Positions 30,929-40,783 of a DNA stretch of 64,000 bases are shown one piece after another. Origin of the DNA: an uncultured delta proteobacterium (GTDB taxonomy: Bacteria > Myxococcota_A > Polyangia > Polyangiales > Polyangiaceae); contig CAWDXG010000003.1 in NCBI GenBank assembly GCA_963806225.1, positions 256,001 through 320,000 on the forward strand, given 5' to 3'. Below the pieces are notes generated by a model. The model made no database searches. It saw only the letters and a program-made list of their open reading frames with translations, and was not told the origin of the DNA. Made by a program: the position numbers and the translations under genes. Each line of letters opens with the position of its first letter. Within the stretch, counting starts at the first letter, position 1.

Positions 30929-31518
30929 CCGATCCACTCCACCCGCCCGCCTGCCAGTCGATAGCGCTCGCCCGTCCCCGGGCACACCGCAATGCCTTCC
31001 GCATCGAACTCCAGCCGCGAGCCGTGACGGCTCATCCAGCCGAGCGGCTGTGCGGGCACGCCGCCCACCAGCGCGTACGCCGCCACGTCGTGCCGCACCA
31101 GCGCGCCCGCGCCCACGAAGCAATGCTCGCCCAGCGTCACCCCTGGCAGGATCGTCGCGTTCGCGCCGATGGTCGCGCCGCGGCGGACGCGCGTCGGCCG
31201 GTACTCGCTCCGCCGCGACACCGCCGCGCGCGGATTCATCACGTTCGTGAACACCGCGCTCGGCCCCACGAAGACGTCGTCTTCAAGCTCGACGCCTTCG
31301 TACAGGCTCACGTTGTTCTGCACCTTCGCGCGGGCGCCCACCCGCACACCCGCCGCCACGAAACAGTTCTGCCCGAGCAACGTCCCCTCCCCGATCACCG
31401 CGCCGGCCATCACGTGACAGAAGTGCCAGATGCGCGCGCCCGCTCCGATCAGCGCGCCCGCGTCCACGACGGCGGTTGGGTCGATGAAAGCCGCGGTGTC
31501 GTCGTCGAGCTGCGCCAC
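30925..31518 (-). CDS. Hexapeptide-repeat N-acetyltransferase (WbpD-like)
   Basis: IWHFCHVM, LGQN, KVQNNVSLYEGV, FTNVMNPR, GATIGANATI. Confidence 0.92.
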   Translation of the reverse strand: MAQLDDDTAAFIDPTAVVDAGALIGAGARIWHFCHVMAGAVIGEGTLLGQNCFVAAGVRVGARAKVQNNVSLYEGVELEDDVFVGPSAVFTNVMNPRAAVSRRSEYRPTRVRRGATIGANATILPGVTLGEHCFVGAGALVRHDVAAYALVGGVPAQPLGWMSRHGSRLEFDAEGIAVCPGTGERYRLAGGRVEWIG

Positions 31519-31584
31519 ACCGCTCCGATAGCAGCGCTCGCGACGCGCCGCGACGGCGCCGGCGCAAACGGCCGGATTGCCGGC

Positions 31585-31683
31585 GTTGGGCCCCCGGCCG
31601 GGCGCTGCGCCCGGCCTTGGCGGGCCCGCGGCGCGCGATAGCGCGACGCGCGTGGAAACGCCGCGCAAGGCGGGGGGCATCCC
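31585..31683 (-). other. Dispersed hairpin element, copy 5 (solo, reverse, no arrays)
   Basis: Reverse complement GGGATGCCCC...GGGCCCGCC-AA-GGCCGGGCGC-a-GCGCCCGGCC-GGGGGCCC-AAC. Confidence 0.75.
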
Positions 31684-31703
31684 TCGACACCCATCAAGGG
31701 GCG

Positions 31704-32516
31704 TTACGGCGCCCGACGCCCGGCGAGGAGCCAGCGCGCGGTACCCGCCGCGCCAAGGGCGACGGCGCGCGCTCGCTCGAGCGCATTGTCGGAAGCCGCG
31801 CGCGCCACCAGTGGCAGAAGGAAGCGGCCGCGCAGTCGCCGGCGCATCAGCGCGCGGTACGTCGCCGCGTAGGCGCGGCGGGGCGGGCCGAGCGCCGCGC
31901 GGATCTCCGCCCAGCGCGTGTCGCCCTCTTGCGCGAGGAAATCGGCGACGAGCCACGCGAGCGTCGTCGACTGCGCGGCGCGCACGACGCGCACGAACAC
32001 CGCGTCGTCGAACGCCTCCAGCCGCACGATGCGCGCCACATCCTCGAGCGCGTGGCCGCGCGCGCGGGCCAGCTTGTCCTTGAACACGTTCACGCACAGA
32101 AGCAGCGCGTGCTCGTGCAGCTCGGGCTCGAGATGTCCGGCTTCGCCACGCATGGCGTGCGCGATCATCGTGTCGACCGTGAGCCCGCACAGCCCTGGCG
32201 GACCGACGGACGTTTCCACTTCGACCAGCGTGCCATCGACGATCGCCTCGAACGTTCCCCACTGCTTCGAGCCGTGCCCCACCGTGAAGCCCGCCGCTTC
32301 GAAGGCGCGCTGCGCCCGCACGCGATCGCGCGGACGGACCCGGAGATCCACGTCCGCGATGTCGCGCTCCGCAGAGTCGGCCCAGAGCAGCGGCGTCGTC
32401 ACCACGCCCTTGACCGGCAACACGTCGACGCCCGCAGCATCGAGCACGCCGAGCGCCCGCCCCAGCGCCGCCCGCGCCACGCCCTGCTTCGCCCACCTGA
32501 GCGCCGCCTGCTTCAC
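31704..32516 (-). CDS. Nucleotidyltransferase family protein (NTP_transf_5-like)
   Basis: LDAAGVDVLPVKG...RDIADVDLRV. Start uncertain. Confidence 0.75.
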   Translation of the reverse strand: MKQAALRWAKQGVARAALGRALGVLDAAGVDVLPVKGVVTTPLLWADSAERDIADVDLRVRPRDRVRAQRAFEAAGFTVGHGSKQWGTFEAIVDGTLVEVETSVGPPGLCGLTVDTMIAHAMRGEAGHLEPELHEHALLLCVNVFKDKLARARGHALEDVARIVRLEAFDDAVFVRVVRAAQSTTLAWLVADFLAQEGDTRWAEIRAALGPPRRAYAATYRALMRRRLRGRFLLPLVARAASDNALERARAVALGAAGTARWLLAGRRAP

Positions 32517-32529
32517 ACTCCGTGCATAG

Positions 32530-32962
32530 CGCGGCGCGGGCGGACAGTGGGGTGCGGGCGGCGGCGCGGGCGCGGACGGTGGAGTCCGGGCGGTGGGGTC
32601 CGGGCGGCGGGGTCCGGGCGGCGGGGCGCGGGCGCGGGTGCGGGCGGTGGGGTCCGGGCGGCGGGGCGCGGGCGGTGGGGTCCGGGCGCGGGTGCGGGCG
32701 GTGGGGCGCGGGCGGTGGGGTCCGGGCGGTGGGGTCCGGGCGGTGGGGTCCGGGCGGCGGGGGCGCGGGCGGTGGGGTCCGGGCGGTGGGGTCCGGGCGC
32801 GGGTGCGGGCGGTGGGGTCCGGGCGGTGGGGTCCGGGCGGCGGGGCGCGGGCGGTGGGGTCCGGGCGGTGGGGTCCGGGCGGTGGGGTCCGGGCGCGGGT
32901 GCGGACGGTGGGGTCCGGGCGCGGGTGCGGGCGGTGGGGTCCGGGCGCGGGCGCGGGCGCGC
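32530..32962. repeat. Degenerate 14-bp tandem GGGCGGTGGGGTCC
   Basis: Directly visible, G-rich on the + strand. Confidence 0.92.
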
Positions 32963-33428
32963 GGGCATTTTGCCCTCCAAGCTCGAGCTTGAGACCCGAA
33001 ATGCCCGCCAGCGACGCCAGAGCACCCCGTTTCCGCGCGTTTTTCCGCGCAGCTTCGAGCTTGCTCCGTGAAATGCCCGTCTGACGGGCATTTTGCCCTC
33101 CAAGCTCGAGCTTGCTCCACGAAATGCCCGCCAGCGACGCCAGAGCACCCCGTTTCCGCGCGCTTTCCCGCACAGCTTCGAGCTTGCTCCGTGAAATGCC
33201 CGTCTGACGGGCATTTTGCCCTCCAAGCTCGAGCTTGCTCCACGAAATGCCCGTCTGACGGGCATTTTGCCCTCCAAGCTCGAGCTTGAGACCCGAAATG
33301 CCCGCCAGCGACGCCAGAGCACCCCGTTTCCGCGCGGTTTCCCGCACAGCTTCGAGCTTGCTCACCGAAATGCCCGTCTGACGGGCATTTTGCCCTCCAA
33401 GCTCGAGCTTGCTCTACGAAATGCCCGT
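32962..33428 (+). repeat. Subtype B array, 51-bp units alternating with a longer variant
   Basis: cgggcattttgccctccaagctcgagcttg...gaaatgcccg. Confidence 0.92.
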
Positions 33429-33455
33429 TCGGGCCACGTCGCCACCAGGTTCGAT

Positions 33456-33566
33456 GGGTTGCCCCCGCGCCTTCCGTCACTTCGCGGTGCGCCGCGCTCC
33501 GCCTTGGGCTCCGCGCGTCGCGGGCCCACCAAGGCCGGTCGCTTCGCGCCCGGCCGGGGGCCCCAC
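33456..33566 (+). other. Dispersed hairpin element, copy 6
   Basis: GGGTTGCCCC...GGGCCCACC-AA-GGCCGGtCGC-ttc-GCGcCCGGCC-GGGGGCCC-CAC. Confidence 0.8.
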
Positions 33567-33580
33567 GCCCAGCGCCGCAA

Positions 33581-34264
33581 TCCACGGCGCGCCGTCACTG
33601 CCCGTCACTTCCACGGCGCGCCGTCACTGCCCGTCACTTCCACGGCGCGCCGTCACTGCCCGTCACTTCCACGCCGCGCCGTCACTGCCCGTCGCTTCCA
33701 CGGCGCGCCGTCACTGCCCGTCGCTTCCACGGCGCGCCGTCACTGCCCGTCGCTTCCACGGCGCGCCGTCACTGCCCGTCGCTTCCACGGCGCGCCGTCA
33801 CTGCCCGTCACTTCCACGGCGCGCCGTCACTGCCCGTCGCTTCCACGGCGCGCCGTCACTGCCCGTCGCTTCCACGGCGCGCCGTCACTGCCCGTCACTT
33901 CCACGGCGCGCCGTCACTGCCCGTCACTTCCACGGCGCGCCGTCACTGCCCGTCGCTTCCACGCCGCGCCGTCACTGCCCGTCGCTTCCACGGCGCGCCG
34001 TCACTGCCCGTCACTTCCACGGCGCGCCGTCACTGCCCGTCACTTCCACGGCGCGCCGTCACTGCGCGTCGCTTCCACGGCGCGCCGTCACTGCCCGTCG
34101 CTTCCACGGCGCGCCGTCACTGCCCGTCGCTTCCACGGCGCGCCGTCACTGCCCGTCACTTCCACGGCGCGCCGTCACTGCCCGTCAGTTCCACGGCGCG
34201 CCGTCACTGCCCGTCGCTTCCACGGCGCGCCGTCACTGCCCGTCGCTTCCACGCCGCGCCGTCA
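33581..34264. repeat. 29-bp tandem CCACGGCGCGCCGTCACTGCCCGTC(A/G)CTT, about 23 copies
   Basis: Directly visible. The last unit contains the cheR stop codon. Confidence 0.97.
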
Positions 34265-35065
34265 CGCGCGGAAGACGGTCACGCTTTCGCCGATCTCCAC
34301 GGCGCTGTGGCCCATGCGGCGGAGGCGGGGGACTTCGCTGCGGGCTACGACGAGGATGCCGTCGTCGGCGAGGGAGCGGAGCAGGAGCTGGACGGCGTGC
34401 TCGCCGGCTTCGTCGCCGAAGTAGATGAGCACGTTCTTGCAGACGATGACTTCGTAGTGACCTGGCGGGGGGCCGAGCATCACGTCGCGGGGCACGAAGC
34501 TGACGCCGCTGCGGAGCTCGTCGGTGACGCTCACGCTGTCCGCTTCCGCGTGGAGATAGCGCCCGGCGAGCTCGGCCGGCACCGAGCGGGCGCAGGGCGC
34601 GGGGTACACGCCCTCGCGCGCCGTCGCGAGCGCGACCTCGCTGCGATCGACGCCCACGACGCGGTAGCCCGCTGCCGCATTCCCGCGCGCGTCGGCGAGC
34701 AGCATCGCGAGCGTCCACGCTTCCTCGCCGGTGGAGCAGCCCGCCGACAGCGCGCGCACGCGCTCGCGCCCGGCGAAGCGCGGGAGATACCCGCCGAGAG
34801 CGTCCCACTGGGGCGGATCGCGGTAGAACGACGTCTCGCCGACGCGCAGGAGGTCCGCGATCTCGGCGAGCAGCGCGGCGTCGGCGCGCACGCGCTCCAC
34901 GGCGCCATCCAAATCCGTTCGCTCGCGCTCGGCCAGCGCGTCCAGCGCGCGATCGAGCCTGAGCTCCATCCACGCCGGCCAGCGCGCGCCACGCACCCCC
35001 ACACCGTGCCGCCGCTCGAGCAGCTCGAGCATGGCGGCGTAGGCGGGGCTCTGCGCTCGGGTCAT
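34262..35065 (-). CDS. cheR: CheR-family methyltransferase
   Basis: VGETSFYRD, SAGCSTGEEAWTLAM, AREGVY, IVCKNVLIYF. Confidence 0.92.
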   Translation of the reverse strand: MTRAQSPAYAAMLELLERRHGVGVRGARWPAWMELRLDRALDALAERERTDLDGAVERVRADAALLAEIADLLRVGETSFYRDPPQWDALGGYLPRFAGRERVRALSAGCSTGEEAWTLAMLLADARGNAAAGYRVVGVDRSEVALATAREGVYPAPCARSVPAELAGRYLHAEADSVSVTDELRSGVSFVPRDVMLGPPPGHYEVIVCKNVLIYFGDEAGEHAVQLLLRSLADDGILVVARSEVPRLRRMGHSAVEIGESVTVFRA

Positions 35066-35664
35066 GTCACTTCGGTCTCGATCACGCGCCCTGCGAGCTC
35101 GGCCAGCGACGGCGCGTCGAGCAGGGCCTGCACGCTCAGCACGGCGCAGGGCGGCGGCGACGGGATCACGCCGACGATCATGCCGCGCGCGTCGTGACCG
35201 GCGGTGCTCGGCGGCGGCGCGAGACCTTCTTCCGGCAGATCGCGCAGGCCGCGGAGCGCGTCGACGAGCAGGCCGGCGCTGCGCTTGGCTCCGTGCGCCT
35301 CGCGCACCACCACGATGCGCGCTTCCTGCGCGGAAGAGAGCGTCGGCCGCTCCGCGCCGAGCAGCACGCCCAGGTCCAGCGCCGCGAGCACATCGCCGCG
35401 CAGGCTCGTGATCCCGGCCATCGCCGCTGGCGCGTGGAACACGCGCGTCAGCGGACGCATGCCGATGACTTCCTGCACGTCCTCGACGCGCAGGCCGTAG
35501 AGCGACCCGCCGACGCTGACGGCGATGCAGCGGTCGTTGGTCTCCCGCCCGCGCTCCCCCATCGGAGTCCTCCCGGGGGGCTCGCCGCTCCCCGCGCCCC
35601 CCGACGCTCGGCGCGGGCTCGCTGTTGCTTCGCCAGGGCTACCGGGCTCGTCGGACGCGCTCAT
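35062..35664 (-). CDS. cheW: CheW-family coupling protein
   Basis: YGLRVEDVQEVI, TRVFHAP, GITSLRGDV, GLLVD. Confidence 0.9.
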   Translation of the reverse strand: MSASDEPGSPGEATASPRRASGGAGSGEPPGRTPMGERGRETNDRCIAVSVGGSLYGLRVEDVQEVIGMRPLTRVFHAPAAMAGITSLRGDVLAALDLGVLLGAERPTLSSAQEARIVVVREAHGAKRSAGLLVDALRGLRDLPEEGLAPPPSTAGHDARGMIVGVIPSPPPCAVLSVQALLDAPSLAELAGRVIETEVT

Positions 35665-36551
35665 CGCGCCTCCGAAGCTACCACGGGCCCGCGCGCGGCT
35701 GCCGGCGCGTCCTTCCAGCGGCGGTGCATCCACAGCCACTGCTCCGGATGCTGCCGCACGTGCGCTTCGAGCCACGCGGTCGCCTGCTGCATCGCGGCCT
35801 CGGGCCAGTCGCGCCCAGGATGCGCCGGCGGCTCGATCACGCCGGCGAGATCGGCGGCGTGCGTGCCGTCGGCGCACCGATGCGACAAGACGACCACCAG
35901 CGGCACGCGCGCCCGCATCGCCACCAGCGCCGGCGCCAGATCGACCCACGCCGGCCGACCCATGAACGCCGCGCGCCTCGCGCCGCGCTCGCGCTCCGGC
36001 GCCTGGTCGATCATCATCGCCACCAGCTCGCCGCGGCCGAGGGCCCGCGCAGCAGCACGCGCCGCTCCGCCCGCGCCGACCAGCGACACACCGCGCCCGC
36101 GGCGGAGACCCTGCCACAGTCGATCGAGCACGCCGATCGAGAGCCGCTTCGTCACCACCGTGAGCGGCCAGCGCGCCGCAGCGCCGCAGCCGAGCAGATC
36201 CCAGTTGCCCGTGTGCGCCGTCGCGATCACCGCTGCGCGCCCCGGCGACAGCACGCGCTCGGCGGCGGAGAGATCCATCTGCGCCAAGGCGCGCTCGGGA
36301 GCGATTGCCAGCGCGCCGAGCTCGCACAGCCCGCGTCCGAGCGAGCGGTACATCGCGCTCGCCACGCGCTCCGCATCGTCGATGTCCGCGGCGCCGAGCG
36401 ACTGCACGACGTGGCGCCGCCGGATCCCGAGCAGCCCGCCAGCCAGCCAGCCGATCGCCGCGCCCAGCGGCGCCGCCAGCTGCCAGGCGAAGCGCCGCAG
36501 CGCGAACAACCCGGCAAGCGCCGTCAGCGCGAGCGCGACGAGGGCGGCCAC
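35661..36551 (-). CDS. Lipid A biosynthesis acyltransferase (LpxL/HtrB family)
   Basis: TAHTGNWD, MMIDQ, FMGRPA, HPEQWLWMHRRWK. Start uncertain. Confidence 0.9.
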   Translation of the reverse strand: MAALVALALTALAGLFALRRFAWQLAAPLGAAIGWLAGGLLGIRRRHVVQSLGAADIDDAERVASAMYRSLGRGLCELGALAIAPERALAQMDLSAAERVLSPGRAAVIATAHTGNWDLLGCGAAARWPLTVVTKRLSIGVLDRLWQGLRRGRGVSLVGAGGAARAAARALGRGELVAMMIDQAPERERGARRAAFMGRPAWVDLAPALVAMRARVPLVVVLSHRCADGTHAADLAGVIEPPAHPGRDWPEAAMQQATAWLEAHVRQHPEQWLWMHRRWKDAPAAARGPVVASEAR

Positions 36552-36558
36552 GTCCCGC

Positions 36559-36837
36559 CTACACGAAGCCGGCCTTGCGTCCCGCCGTCTTCGGCCCGTC
36601 CACGGCGCCCGCGTACACATCCTCGAGCGCCAGCATGTAGCGCTCGCCGCGCACCGTCCGCGCCTCGAGCAGCGCGCCCTTCATGCGCAGCGCTTCGATG
36701 CGGCTCACCGTGAGGTTCGCGCCGTTGCACGCGACGTAGAGCGTCATGTGCCGCCCCTCCGGAGTGGCGTTCCACCCCTCGTCGTCCTTCTTGGCGTCGG
36801 CCGCCGAAAGCAGCGCGGAAAGATGCTCCTCGGTCAT
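36559..36837 (-). CDS. Small hypothetical protein
   Basis: 92-aa ORF with host codon usage at the head of the operon, ending RKAGFV. Confidence 0.7.
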   Translation of the reverse strand: MTEEHLSALLSAADAKKDDEGWNATPEGRHMTLYVACNGANLTVSRIEALRMKGALLEARTVRGERYMLALEDVYAGAVDGPKTAGRKAGFV

Positions 36838-37117
36838 GCCCCTTCATTTGCCGTCGGGGCGCAGGTGTCAAGGAAACGCGCCTCCGCGAGCTTCAACAGA
36901 GGATTGTCCCGATCGCGGCGCTCCCGCGGTTCGAGCGAGTAGTCGATGCAGATACGCCGGCTCTCCGCCAGCGCCCCGCCGTGTTGCCGCTGCCCGTCGT
37001 CGAGTGCTCGTGCGTTCCGACGATCACCGCCACCAGCTCGTCACGCTTGTCGACAGACTGCGGATCCCCCGCCGCCCGCCGAACCACCTCGCGGCCCAGC
37101 ACGCCGTCAATCCCACG

Positions 37118-38131
37118 GACACTTTCCCCGCCAAGCCCGAGCTTGCGCAACGAAATGCCCGCCGTACGGGCATTTTTCCCGCCAAGCCCGAGCTTGCGCA
37201 ACGAAATGCCCGTATTCCGGACATTTCACCCCCACTCGGTGAGCTTGCTCACCAAAATGCCCGCCGGACGGGCATTTTCCCCGCCAAGCCCGAGCTTGCG
37301 CACCGAAATGCCCGCCGGACGGGCATTTTCCCCGCCAAGCCCGAGCTTGCGCAACGAAATGCCCGCCGTACGGGCATTTTCCCCGCCAAGCTCGAGCTTG
37401 CGCACCGAAATGCCCGTATTCCGGACATTTCACCCCCACTCGGTGAGCTTGCTCACCAAAATGCCCGCCGTACGGGCATTTTTCCCGCCAAGCCCGAGCT
37501 TGCGCAACGAAATGCCCGCCGTACGGGCATTTTCCCCGCCAAGCCCGAGCTTGCGCAACGAAATGCCCGCCGTACGGGCATTTTCCCCGCCAAGCTCGAG
37601 CTTGCGCACCGAAATGCCCGTATTCCGGACATTTCACCCCCACTCGGTGAGCTTGCTCACCAAAATGCCCGCCGGACGGGCATTTTCCCCGCCAAGCCCG
37701 AGCTTGCGCAACGAAATGCCCGCCGTACGGGCATTTTCCCCGCCAAGCCCGAGCTTGCGCAACGAAATGCCCGCCGGACGGGCATTTTCCCCGCCAAGCC
37801 CGAGCTTGCGCAACGAAATGCCCGTATTCCGGACATTTCACCCCCACTCGGTGAGCTTGCTCACCAAAATGCCCGCCGTACGGGCATTTTCCCCGCCAAG
37901 CCCGAGCTTGCGCAACGAAATGCCCGCCGGACGGGCATTTTTCCCGCCAAGCTCAAGCTTGCGCACCGAAATGCCCGCCGTGCAGGCATTTTCCCCTCCA
38001 AGCCCGAGCTTGCGCACCGAAATGCCCGCCGTACGGGCATTTTCCCCGCCAAGCCCGAGCTTGCGCAACGAAATGCCCGCCGTGCAGGCATTTCCCCCGC
38101 CAAGCCCGCGCTTGCGCCCCAAAATGCCCGC
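37118..38131 (+). repeat. 51-bp palindromic repeat array, subtype B, about 20 units with higher-order periodicity
   Basis: cgggcattttccccgccaagcccgagcttgcgcaacgaaatgcccgccgta. A variant (cccactcggtgagcttgctcacc) recurs every fourth unit. Confidence 0.97.
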
Positions 38132-38170
38132 CCAACGTCGCTTCGCCGGATCTGCCGCCCCCTGTTCCAT

Positions 38171-38270
38171 GGGCTGCCCCCGCGCTGCCCGTCACTTCGC
38201 GGTGCGCCGCGCTGGCGCGCGCCGCGGGCCCGCCAAGGCCGGTCGCTTCGCGCCCGGCCGGGGGCCCCAC
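38171..38270 (+). other. Dispersed hairpin element, copy 7
   Basis: GGGCTGCCCC...GGGCCCGCC-AA-GGCCGG...CCGGCC-GGGGGCCC-CAC. Confidence 0.8.
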
Positions 38271-38292
38271 CCCGCTTCCGCGCCGCCCGCTC

Positions 38293-38428
38293 TCCGCGGC
38301 GCGGCGCCGGCCATGTTCCGCGGCGCGGCGCCGGCCATGTTCCGCGGCGCGGCGCCGGCCATGTTCCGCGGCGCGGCGCCGGCCATGTTCCGCGGCGCGG
38401 CGCCGGCCATGTTCCGCGGCGCGGCGCC
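38293..38428. repeat. 24-bp tandem TTCCGCGGCGCGGCGCCGGCCATG, about 5.5 copies
   Basis: Directly visible. Confidence 0.93.
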
Positions 38429-38450
38429 CGTGACGCGCTATCGTCCCCCC

Positions 38451-39266
38451 ATGTCGTCCGACGAGCGCCAGTTCTCCCGCGACGAGCACATCGTGGTGGA
38501 GGACGTGCAGAAGAAGTTCGGCGACTTCACGGCGCTCGACGACATCGAGATGACCGTCAGCCGCGGGCAGATCGCGGTCATCATCGGCGGATCGGGCGCG
38601 GGCAAGACCACGCTCTTGAAGATCCTCATCGGCCTGGACAAGCCGACGCGCGGCGCCGTGTTCGTCGACGGCGTGGACATTGCGCCGCTCGGCGACCGCG
38701 CGATGAACAAGGTGCGCCAGAAGATGGGCATGGTCTTCCAGTACTCGGCCTTGCTCGACTCCATGAACATCATGGACAACGTCGCCTTCCCGCTGCGCGA
38801 GCACACCAAGCTGCGCGCGAAGGAAATCCGCCAGCGCGTGCTCGAAAAGCTCGCCATCCTCAAGCTCGAAGGCACCGAGAACAAGTTCCCCAGCGAGCTG
38901 TCCGGCGGCATGCGCAAGCGCGTCGCCCTCGCCCGCGCGCTGATGCTCGAGCCCGAGATCATCATGTACGACGAGCCCACCAGCGGCCTCGATCCACTGA
39001 GCTGTCGCCTGGTCGACGAGCTCATCGAGGAGACGCGCGACCGCTTCGGCGTCACCTCCGTCGTCATCTCCCACGACATGGCCGGCGCCCTGCAGATCGC
39101 CGACCGCATCTACCTCCTCGCCCAGGGCCGCCTCGTCGGCGAGGGCACCCCCCGCGAGCTCGTCGACATGAAGACCGGCCTCGCCGCCGACTTCTTCGAA
39201 GCCAGCGGGATTGCCGCGGAACAGCTTGTGGAAGCGCCCGACACTGGCGTGAAGTACCGGGAGTAG
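38451..39266 (+). CDS. ABC transporter ATP-binding protein, MlaF/Ttg2A-like
   Basis: GGSGAGKT, GMVFQYSALLDSM, PSELSGGMRKRVALARAL, YDEPTSGLDP, SHD. Confidence 0.93.
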   Translation: MSSDERQFSRDEHIVVEDVQKKFGDFTALDDIEMTVSRGQIAVIIGGSGAGKTTLLKILIGLDKPTRGAVFVDGVDIAPLGDRAMNKVRQKMGMVFQYSALLDSMNIMDNVAFPLREHTKLRAKEIRQRVLEKLAILKLEGTENKFPSELSGGMRKRVALARALMLEPEIIMYDEPTSGLDPLSCRLVDELIEETRDRFGVTSVVISHDMAGALQIADRIYLLAQGRLVGEGTPRELVDMKTGLAADFFEASGIAAEQLVEAPDTGVKYRE

Positions 39267-39267
39267 G

Positions 39268-40415
39268 CGCGCTCGCCGACATTTCCCGGCCCATGCCGCG
39301 GCTTCGAGCCCATTGTGTCGGCCGCGCCGACATTTTCCGCCCCTTGCTATAGCTTGACGCCCATGTTGTCGGCCTCGCCGACATTTCCCGGCCCAAGCCG
39401 CGGCTTCGAGCCCATTGTGTCGGCCGCACCGACATTTTCCGGCCCAAGCCGCAGCTTCGAGCCCATTGTGTCGGCCGCACCGACATTTTCCGCCCCTTGC
39501 TATAGCTTGACGCCCATGTTGTCGGCCTCGCCGACATTTTCCGGCCCAAGCCGCAGCTTCGAGCCCATTCGTGTCGGCCGCGCCGACATTTTCCGCCCCT
39601 TGCTATAGCTTGACGCCCATGTTGTCGGCCTCGCCGACATCCGGCTCATGCCGCGGCTTCGAGCCTTGTGTCGGCCGCACCGACATTTTCCGGCCCAAGC
39701 CGCAGCTTCGAGCCCATTGTGTCGGCCGCACCGACATTTTCCGCCCCTTGCTATAGCTTGACGCCCATGTTGTCGGCCTCGCCGACATTTCCCGGCCCAT
39801 GCCGCAGCTTCGAGCCCATTCGTGTCGGCCGCACCGACATTTTCCGCCCCTTGCTATAGCTTGACGCCCATGTTGTCGGCCTCGCCGACATTTCCCGGCC
39901 CATGCCGCAGCTTCGAGCGCATTCGTGTCGGCCGCGCCGACATTTTCCGCCCCTTGCTATAGCTTGACGCCCATGTTGTCGGCCTCGCCGACATTTCCCG
40001 GCTCATGCCGCAGCTTCGAGCCCATTGTGTCGGCCGCACCGACATTTTCCGGCCCAAGCCGCAGCTTCGAGCCCATCGTGTCGGCCGCGCCGACATTTTC
40101 CGCCCCTTGCTATAGCTTGACGCCCATGTTGTCGGCCTCGCCGACATTTCCCGGCTCATGCCGCGGCTTCGAGCCCATTGTGTCGGCCGCACCGACATTT
40201 TCCGGCCCAAGCCGCAGCTTCGAGCCCATTGTGTCGGCCGCACCGACATTTTCCGCCCCTTGCTATAGCTTGACGCCCATGTTGTCGGCCTCGCCGACAT
40301 TTCCCGGCCCATGCCGCAGCTTCGAGCCCATTGTGTCGGCCGCACCGACATTTTCCGCCCCTTGCTATAGCTTGACGCCCATGTTGTCGGCCTCGCCGAC
40401 ATTTCCGCCGTCAAG
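39268..40415 (+). repeat. 51-bp palindromic repeat array, subtype A, about 23 units
   Basis: Alternating ccaagccgcagcttcgagc and ccttgctatagcttgacgc cores. Confidence 0.97.
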
Positions 40416-40702
40416 CTGGGGCTTGACGCCTTTTTGTGTCGGGCATCGGCGCGCTGGCGACCAACGTCTCGCTCAATCGCTGTATCGGAAAAGCTGGCAC
40501 GCTGAGCCGGCGGAGCCGCGCACCCGGGTTGGCGTCGCCTGGCGACCGCCGCCGGCCGCCACCGGTTCCGCCACCCCCCGGATCCACGACGAAGCAGCAT
40601 TGTCGCGGCCAGCGCGGGATGCGGGGCACGGCACCGGGTTTGCACTGCGTCGCCGGCGTGACTGGTCCTGCTGCACCAACGGGCGCGCCCGCCGCGGACG
40701 AG

Positions 40703-40783
40703 GCCGTGGCGCGTTCCTCTGCCGTGGCGCGTTCCTCTGCCGTGGCGCGTTCCTCTGCCGTGGCGCGTTCCTCTGCCGTGGCG
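40703..40783. repeat. 18-bp tandem GCCGTGGCGCGTTCCTCT, 4+ copies
   Basis: Directly visible, at the helicase start region. Confidence 0.9.

Noticed and set aside
37118..40415. CRISPR array interpretation of the 51-bp arrays (also 20.7, 29.1 and 52.5 kb)
   Set aside because: The sequences between palindromes are repeated variants rather than unique spacers, and no cas genes are present.
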